A stretch of DNA of 63,756 nucleotides, the filler included, from Stramenopiles sp. TOSAG23-2 (lineage: Eukaryota), in assembly GCA_900128395.1 (NCBI GenBank). It is 6 parts of 6 records of this genome, joined end to end, with 100 filler letters (N's around TTAATTAATTAA, not from the genome) between each part and the next. Parts side by side here need not be neighbours in the genome. Positions count along the whole stretch, not along the records: positions 1 to 28,462 come from LT649401.1; 5 more parts are not named here. One strand, given 5' to 3'. A program made the translations under genes and the position numbers. Numbering within the stretch: the first letter of the stretch is position 1; every line of letters begins with the position of its first letter. Shown in pieces: positions 1-9,700 of this stretch. The notes below the pieces were generated by a model that was not told the DNA's origin, did not search any database, and saw nothing but the letters and a program-made list of their open reading frames with translations.

Positions 1-747
1 CTGGCCAGGTTTTTGGCGTATTATTGGCTGGTAGTGTCACCTCTTTTCTTTTTGAAAAAAGGTCAAAATCCAACAATATAATAATCAATACCAATGCTAT
101 GTCCATGGATCATATTATCATCCCCCTCTCGCATGCACGGCTGCCATCTGCAATGATGTGTTATTGTAGCTATAGCGGTGTTTCCAGAGTGAGGTGCCAG
201 ATTGCATTATTAATATTTTATTACTGAATTCTTTCCTGGGAAACATGTGGAGAAACATCACAACAAGTGAAACACACAATAATAGCAGGCTAGTACTATT
301 GTAGATAAAATCAATGTCTTATTTTTATTTATATAAATCGAGTAATGTTCATTAAGTATTATAATATAACTATAATAGTCTACTACTTGATTCATTAAAC
401 GTCCATCTAGACTTCTAAAATATATTGAATAGCAGTCCAATATAGCAGTCCAATAATAATAATAATAAAATGAATAATAAATGCAAATAATATTGATATT
501 GAAAACAATTCGATGAACTAAGATGTGTGACATTACAGTGACAGTGTGAATACCGTGTCTATCAAGTGAACGATCAAAAATATCATCATCAATCGTCTCC
601 TATTATTATTATTAACCTATTTCGTATTAATAATTGTGTAGATAGATATCGATCAATCAAACGATACACACACACACACATATATACGAAAGCGAGAAAA
701 AAAAAAATAAATTTAAAATCAAAATAACAATAACATAATACATAATA

Positions 748-3700
748 ATGGACCCATCTACTTTTTTACAATTATTACATAGAACAGATGATGAAGCTGC
801 TATCTATCATTTTCAAATATTGGAACAATTGAATGAAGTATTATTACGTGCTATGGATTTTGGTATTGTAGAGAAATATCCACCATCTGAATTTTTACCT
901 GCATTATGTAAAATTTTAAAACGACCCGTACATATCCTTGCAGAGACACCTGTGTTATGTTGTCGTGCTATTAAACAATTTTTAAAAATTGACCAAAGTA
1001 GACAATGTTTACGTATATTATTATCACAAAATATCATTGGTGCATATTTAGATGGTTTAAAAGTCAACCGCAACAACCCAGACCAAACCGCTAAAGATTT
1101 AGCAGAGGAATGCATCAAAACGCTGGAAATATTTTCACGAACGTTTCCAAGTGCCTTGTATAAAGAAAAAGCATTGCAACCAATTTTACAATTTAAAGAA
1201 ATTTGTCCACCACATTTTCCAGCAGATGTGAAATTATCCGCTTTAAGTATTATATCAAGTATATGTGGTTGTATGAATCCATTTGGCGATTCCAATGAAT
1301 TTTTAAGTTTATTAAAATCATTTGTACATGAATTGAAAAGCACGAAAATGAATGGTGGCAAAGGTGTAAATAAAATACGTGAAAGTTGCTTAACTAGTTT
1401 ATCCCTTTTATGCGATCGTGGTTGTTTTTCCATACCACAATATGATAGTCAAATTTTTGTAACAATGAAAACGGAATTGTTTCCAAATTTATTACCAATG
1501 TTAATACGTAGTGAAGATGTTCAATTACGTTCACAAGTTGCTATTTTATTATCGAAAGTTTTATCAGCATCTGAACATGTATTACGTAGTATGATACAAT
1601 CAAATATTATTGAAATTGTTAATCAATCATTAGGTGGACATGTATTGATTACTACTACTACTACTAATAATAATAATAATAATAATAATTATGATATTGG
1701 TAATAATAATAATAATAATGAAAACATGAAAGGGAATAATAACAATGAGAATAATAACATTGATAGTAATAATACTATCAACGCAACGATGACGACAACA
1801 ACTGCAAAAACAACTGCTGCTGCTTCTATTTCATTAGAATCATTAGCATTATGTGAAACATTAATGAATTTATTATTTACTGGACATCGTATGGCTGCAT
1901 TACGTTCCTCTCCATTACAAACTTTATTACGACGAAATGCGGGGATACACGTTGGTGATGCAATTGTTGGTTTACATCCAGAACAAGGACAATGGTATTC
2001 CGGCCATGTATTGGCAGATAATGGTGATGGCACATTTGCTGTTCAATATGATGATGGTGAATTTGAAGCAAAATGTAACTCTGTGAAACATATTGGCCAA
2101 GCATCGGATAGTACACAAGTACGGCTTTTACGTGCAATACAAGAAAATAATGTAACATTAGTTGATCAATGTTTATCTAAGAAAGGAAGACCGATTGATC
2201 TATTGCAATGTGTGGATGGGCAAGGGACACCCACCGTCGTATGGGCATTGGCATTGGGTGGTTCTGAAATTATTGAACGATTACTCGTACATGCAAAAAA
2301 ATTGCCAAAAATATCACGAGAACGATTATTGGGTATAGCATTGCGGACAGCAGCTGCATTTGGGCGTCCATGGGCAATTCAAAGGCTACTGGAGGAAGGA
2401 GCAAAAGCAGAGGAACGTTCTGGAACAGGTACATCAACATATGACGCTGTTTTAATTGGAAAATTTTGGGCGGAACGATGCAAAGTATTGATCAAACGAG
2501 GTGGAAAACACGATCAAGCATTGAATTTATTGAAAGAATCGTTTAAACCAAATTTGGAAAAAGAAAAACAAGCATTTATAAACATTTGCGAGAAACAATT
2601 ACAGATTTATAATAATCAAGATCATCAAAAGAAAAAAATGAATGATGATATGACTATAAAAGATGTTGAACTAGGCGATGATATTGTTGTTGCTGCTGCA
2701 ACTACTACTACTACTAACGAAGAAAAAAAGAATAATGTTATATCACTAGATATGCAGAAAAAAACTAATGATGATAATGATGTAAACAAAAACAATGATA
2801 AACAAACAAATAATGAAAATAAAAAATCTGTTGAAAAAACATTGGAATTCTTACATACAAGTATAGTAAAATGCCAAAGTGCATTTGTTGGATCCATCCT
2901 ACAAACGTTGTGCAATTTATCAAATGATCCATCATGTGAAGCGTCATTACGTTTACATACAGTACGTTTAATATTAAGCTTATGCCAATATGCACCAAAG
3001 GAAATGTTGCGGAAATCAATCATAGAAGATAATAAAGAACAATCACCATTTTTAAATGAAGGTGAAGTAAGAAGAAGAGATAGTAGAAACAATATTAGTA
3101 GCAGAAATAGTAATAATAGCAGCAGCACGGAAGAAAAAAATCATGGTAACGATAATAATAACACCAATAATAGCACCGACAACGCCGTGAGTAAGAGCGA
3201 CGATGATGCAGATTTAGACATGGATGAATTTGCAATGTTTCAACCACGGCCAAAAATTACAATAAGCGCAATATTAGCAACGTTATTAGAACAATTGCTT
3301 GTTCCGCAAGGTGATCAAGATTTACTTGGTATGGCATTGCGTTTAACATGGTCGTTGTTGAAAAAAGATTTAGATTATTTTCACCCCGAATTTTTACGCC
3401 GAGGGATAATTGAAAAAGTTGAAGTCATTTATGATCAAGAAGCTCATTCAAAAAATTTTCTTGGTGCATGTTGCAGCGCAATTTTAGAGCTAGAGATTGA
3501 AGAAGAAGAATTGATGGCAACTAAAAATGAGAATGATCTCTTTCTCAATAAGTTAAATGCTATTCCACTATCCCCTTTATCCCCATCAAAGCGAAAAGGA
3601 ATTCTGGATGATTCACCTGGAACATCATCATCTTTGTCTGGAAGAAAAGGTAGTATTCGGGATGGTTCACCATCGCTCAAACGGTTGTTAAGATCTGGTA

Positions 3701-6700
3701 GTGCGTATGATGCACTTGTTAATGCCGTTGGTGATTTGCAAGCTATCTGCATGGCGAAATCGTATGAATCATTAACCGTAGTAGAAAGCCAAGAATTTGA
3801 TCATGCAATTGCAGTGTTAACAAATACGTTCACAAACAATGATTTTACCGCATATGAGTTTGAACAAAGTAATTTAGAAGAATTATTAACATTTGTATTT
3901 AATGATGATAATGAAATTGGTAAAACATATGTCCCACATTTTAATAGCGCATTTGGATTGTCAGATATATCATTGATTTCACCAGATGGAAAAGAAGATG
4001 ATGAAGATGACGATGCACTTGCCAGAAGACGACGTAGTTCATCAAAAGGAGGTGGGTCGTTTAACCATCAAGATGAATCGTTTTTCAAATTGATTACAGC
4101 TTTGCAAACATCATTAGCGAAAGAGGTAGAATTTTTATGTTCAAACGCTACCAGTCCAGAAAAAAAAGATGGCAACAATCAAAATGGCACCAGTAGTGCA
4201 AAAAAACAAAATGATTATAATTCTAATTGGACAAAACCCATCAGAGTGTGTTTAAAACGATATGATAATGATGATACAACAAAGGCCAACATCGTAGAAG
4301 TGGAAGGAGATAGAGATTTAACGGTAAATGATAGCAACAATATTGGTAAAATTGAAGATTTAGATGGAAAAGTATTTCCAGTTGAATCTTTAGTCCCTAT
4401 TGCAGATATCGAATCTGAAATATTAAAGCAAGCATCGTTCAATTCTCCAAAGTATAGAAGATGGTGCATGTGGTTAGTCGGTCGTCGCGTGGAAGTGTTG
4501 AAATCAAATGGATCCTGGGCAGTTGGAGAGGTATTGTCATGGAATAAACGGAAATCCTCTCATAAAATTGTTTATAATGATGGAGAAACACAAGATCATG
4601 TTATGTCAAAAATGTATTATCGTGTTATAAAGATGGATGAAAATGCAAATTCATTAGGTATTGAGCCTTTGATAATTGGATTAACGCGCGATGGCAAAAC
4701 AGAGGAGGTAAAAGAATGCCTTGGAGTAGGCAATAATAGTAACACTATTCCAGTAAATGCAAGTAATGAGGAAGGAAAAACAGATGTAGAAACAGAGGAG
4801 ATTCCATGGGATGAAATTTACGATGTCAACATACAAAATTCATTTGGAAATACAGCTTTACATATTGCAGCTTCATGGGCACGGACAGATATTGCAACCA
4901 TGCTTTTAGAAAAAGGCGGCGATTTAAATGCAAGAAATAGCGTCGGGGGCACACCATTGCATTGGGCTGCACGTTACGGAAAAGTTATTTCGATAGAATT
5001 ATTAGCAAAAGCCGGTGCGGATATGAGTGCAGTGGATAACGATGGCAAAACACCCGCAGATGTGGCAGAAAGCTTACGGGTTTCGGAAGCTGTTATAGCT
5101 AATGGTGGGAAAATTACCGAAAAGTTCTACAATGTTGGAGATTTAGTGCGTATTCGAGACAATGTGTGGATACATGCTGATGTTCATAATAATGATAATA
5201 CAGATGAGGGTAGTAAAAGTTTTCCAACGTATGGGTGGCCAAAAGGGACTAGCGAGAAAGATATTGCTTTGTTGAAAAGTGCAAGTGACAGTGGCTTGAA
5301 AGAAAATGCGACTGCTCCAAAATATATTGTAGGTACTATCGTGGAAATTGTACCGTCAACAGATTCGAAGGATGGCAAGCTTGTTATCGACTTTGCTGAA
5401 GATGAAAGTATGGAAATGACTGGGTGGAATGCAGCACCTTGGGAAGTAATATCAGTTGTTAAGCCAAGCTTCTTAATTGGCAGCGATAAATTAGCAGATG
5501 CCGCATCATGGAAGGCACCATTGTCAATTATTGATGATGCAGCTGAGAAAAGTGGTTATGTAGAATCTATTTCTTGCATTTTCTCACGCTCTCCAACGTA
5601 CTCCAAATTGAAAGTAAATGTCTTCGAGCGCATTCGTGATCGGCAATTTGCGTTGATCTCTACCGTTTCCATACCAATTGATACAACTGTTCTTACTCCT
5701 CAACTGCAAATGATTAAATTACCCAAATCAGAACGTCCAAAAATTGGAAAAGGTCAATACTTAGGATTGTCTTGCGTCCGAGGCCATCATTTAAATATTC
5801 ATAGTCGTTCCACGAAAGGATACAAAACAAATATATTTTATGGTGATCCCCCGACGCGCCGTGGGCAAATTTCAACTTTTAAATCATACCTTGGAAGCGA
5901 CAAGAGAGGGACGACTGCGGCAGGATGGTTTGCAACGATTGTAGTGGATCAAGATGACGATGTGGATGTTCAGGACAAGGGAGCAGTAGGAGAAACAGTC
6001 TATGCAAATAATCTTAAAAAAACAGCATCTACGTCATCAAAGGAAAAGTTTCGACAGGGAGATCGAGTAATGGCCATGTGGAAAGAAGGCCGACAGGCAA
6101 AATATACAGATTTTTATCCTAGCACGATTATGAGTGTAAATAAGGATGGTACATATGTAGTGAAATATGACGACGGTTATTCCGACAAAGCTGTTAAGCC
6201 TAAATTTATACATGCAGTTGAAAAGGCAGATGTAGAGAAAAACGTTGTTGCGAAATTTAAAGCCGCAAGAGCGGAGAAGTTACGCCGGAATCAACGCAAA
6301 TCATCAACAAATGACGGCAGCTCGCAGTCATCATCACGTCGTTCATCTCGATCGGAATCGGCTGATATGTTAGCTAAAATGAAAGAACGTGTAAAATCGA
6401 TGAGAAGTCGTTTGGAAAATTCTGGATTGAGGCCACCGCCTGCACCTGGTAGTGGATGGGAAGAAATGATGCGCGGCGAGTCGGAAAGGCCCACGGGTAC
6501 GCCTGGGAGTTCTACGCCATTTTCATCAATACGCGAATTAAGACAAAAACAGACACGGCCAAAGAAGCCACAAAAGCCCCCAGAGCCGCCAGCTGCTATG
6601 GTAGCACAATTAACAGATATGGGATTTCCAGAAGATCAAGTCAAGCGTGCCTTGCTGGCAGCAGGAAATGATCCAAATCGTGCTGTTGAATATTGCATGA

Positions 6701-9700
6701 ATCCAGATGCAATGCCATCATCCGCATTTAGTGAAATGGCACAACAAGTATTTGGTGGAGGAAGTGATAACAATAATGAAGGGACACCAAGTGGCATGTT
6801 GCAAAGTCGTTCAAGCAATAATCCAACTTCACAAACAACGTCGGCATCATCTTTTCAATCGGAACTTGGTCAGATGTTTGGTGGGTTGATGAGTGAAATG
6901 GGAAATGCACTCGGTCGAAGCCGTGGAAACTCGGAAAATGAGACAGATGAGGATAAAGCTGGCCCACCTCCAACAGATGAATTTACAGATTCATTGAAAG
7001 TCGGAATGTTTGTTGATGCAAAGGATTCATATGGAAAATGGTATGAAGCTGCTGTGAAGGAAGTGATACCGGAAAGTCCAAATGGGAAACGTGTTTTCAT
7101 TCATTTTTTTGGTTGGAGTGATAGATTTAATGAATGGATTGATGTTAATTCTGGGCGTGTTCAGCCATCATATTCGATGATCGAGCCATGGAGGGAAAGC
7201 TTGTTATCACCGGGAACCATGGTTGAATGCAAAATTGCATCAGGTGGGGAAAATAGTGGCAGCCGGGAGTGGAATATTGCCAAGGTAGTCGATGTGAATG
7301 AAGATAACGAGGAGATTAAAATCCAATCATTAATGTCCAACGAAACCAATGATCCAGTTTTGCGAGCTGAAGAATGGATATCGATCGAATCAGAACGTTT
7401 ATGCAAACAAGGAACACATATTGTTGCCATTTCTACAGATCCAGATAAATTACTGAATGATCCAAGAGCTTTGGCACAACTATTGCAAAATCCATCGTCT
7501 TTACGCGGCGCATTGTCTGCCATGGCTCGTGAAACGAGTGGAGATAGCGAACATGCAGGGGCATTGTCTGCATTGCAGAAACAATTAGGATTTCTAGCAA
7601 AGAAGATAATTCGAAGTGGGCCACAGCGCGAACCAGAAACAGTTGTCGATCCTACGCCATTGTATTGGTGCTGTTTTAATTGTACATTTGAAAGAAATCT
7701 ACCATCTGAAAGATATTGTCGATTATGTGGAATGAGAGGTATAGTTCCAAGACGTGAAATGGTTGAAGATTTGCAAGTTGTAGTGCAAAACAAAGATACT
7801 GGAATGTGGGAAGAAGGTAGAGTATCCAGTAGCAATGAAGATGGATCCATTACGATTACGTTTGTTAACGGCATTAATGAATGCGTAGTAAAAGATCCAG
7901 TAGGAATTACTAGTAAGATGGGCGAAGATGACACTGTAGTACAAGTTAGCAGTTTAGCAGCTCGTCAAGAGGATGAAGAGTTTGAGCAAGATAAGGCAGA
8001 GCAACGGGAAGAACGGCGCCAGCATTCTGAAGGTGAAGTCATAAGATTGAAAGGTACAAATATTTTACAAGATGCACGTGCAGAGAAAATTTTATATAGC
8101 AGGCATAGTGACACAGAATCATTTCAACGCGCGAAGGCATCGGAGTTATTTATTGCTTTGCCCAAAGAGTACAAAGTTGGAAATACTGTTGGAAATCGTG
8201 GTACATTGATTCAACCTTTTAAAATACAAACTTTTATGTCAAACGAACATTTGTATAATGCTCACTTTGGATCATCTTTATCGAAACGGGATCACTATCT
8301 TCGCATGAAATCAACAGTAGATTCAAACATACACACGTACAATCCGGTGTATTTAATCGGCCAGCGTGTTGAGTTTTATTGGGTACTAGAGTCACAATGG
8401 TTTGAAGGGACGATATCTAATTACGATCCCATCTCCAATATGCATACGGTCTTGTATGATGATGGGGAAGTGAAACAATATAATTTGAAAAAGAAGACGT
8501 GGCGGGTATTGCGAACATATGCATTAGGTGATATTGTCGAGTGTTGGAAATCAAGCAAATTGATGTTTGTTCCTGGAAAAATTGTGAAAGTTGATAAAAA
8601 AAATGGTTATTACAAAGTAGAATTATTTGAGAAATTGAACGTGAAGCAGAGAAAAAGTCCAAAAGTAAGTGGTAAAAAAGGCAAGAAAAAGGATATAAAC
8701 AACAGCAAAAGTACTACAAATACAACACGTAAGAATGGCGTATCGCTACGCCCTGGCGCATTTTACTTGGGTACATTTGCAAAAACGGATGTTGTCAATG
8801 TTTTAAGTAATGGTGGTTTAAATAACTCTGCGAATTATGAAATTGTTGGTATCAATAATGCTCCAAGCAACGACATGGAGGTGCAAGATGACATCGTTAA
8901 CGACGACAATAATGCAGTTACAACTACTGCAATGAATAGATTAGTTTCGTTGGCGCAGTTTAACAGTGAAGACCGAGCCAATCAACAAATCTTATCACCA
9001 GTAGTACACCCATTGCATTTACGATTCAATTTATTTGTTGAAAATGAAGACAATACCAAATATATTTTTAATCCAATGTATGAACATGTTTTGCAAACTT
9101 TATTTGCAAAGATTGTCTCCTTTATAGATAGCAATGATGGTTTGGCAATACCTAATGAGCAATTTCAAGCATTGGCAAAGGTATCCGTTGTATTCAGACG
9201 AGCATTTGAAGCATCTAGTGCCACAATGAATAACACAAGTAAAGCAAAAGGAGGCGATAAAAATAGCAACAAAACTGGTGAGATATTCAGTTCCTCCGAT
9301 GTTGTTATTGACGAGGATGGTGATGAGAATTCTTCTACTCGTAACCTTTTAGAGTACGAATATATTGATTTTGGCATATTTAAAAACATATTAAACTTAT
9401 TGCGCGTTGAAATTTTATCAAGAGCTCTTTGGACAGATTTGACATGCATTTGCAATTATAAATATGATTTAGAAGAATTTGCGGAGGAGACAGAAGAAGC
9501 TGTTGAAGAGTCGAAAGAGAAAAATATTTTCGATGTGAATGGGGTAACAAAATTGCAATCAGACCAAACTTTATCTAGTGTTGTCGCGGAATGGTGGGAA
9601 ACATTTGGAGAGCCTAAAGGTGAAACATATGAAGCTGATAAAGTTTACACGATATTTTATAAACTGGGGTTTGTACCAAATAAATTTACTACAGGCAAAA

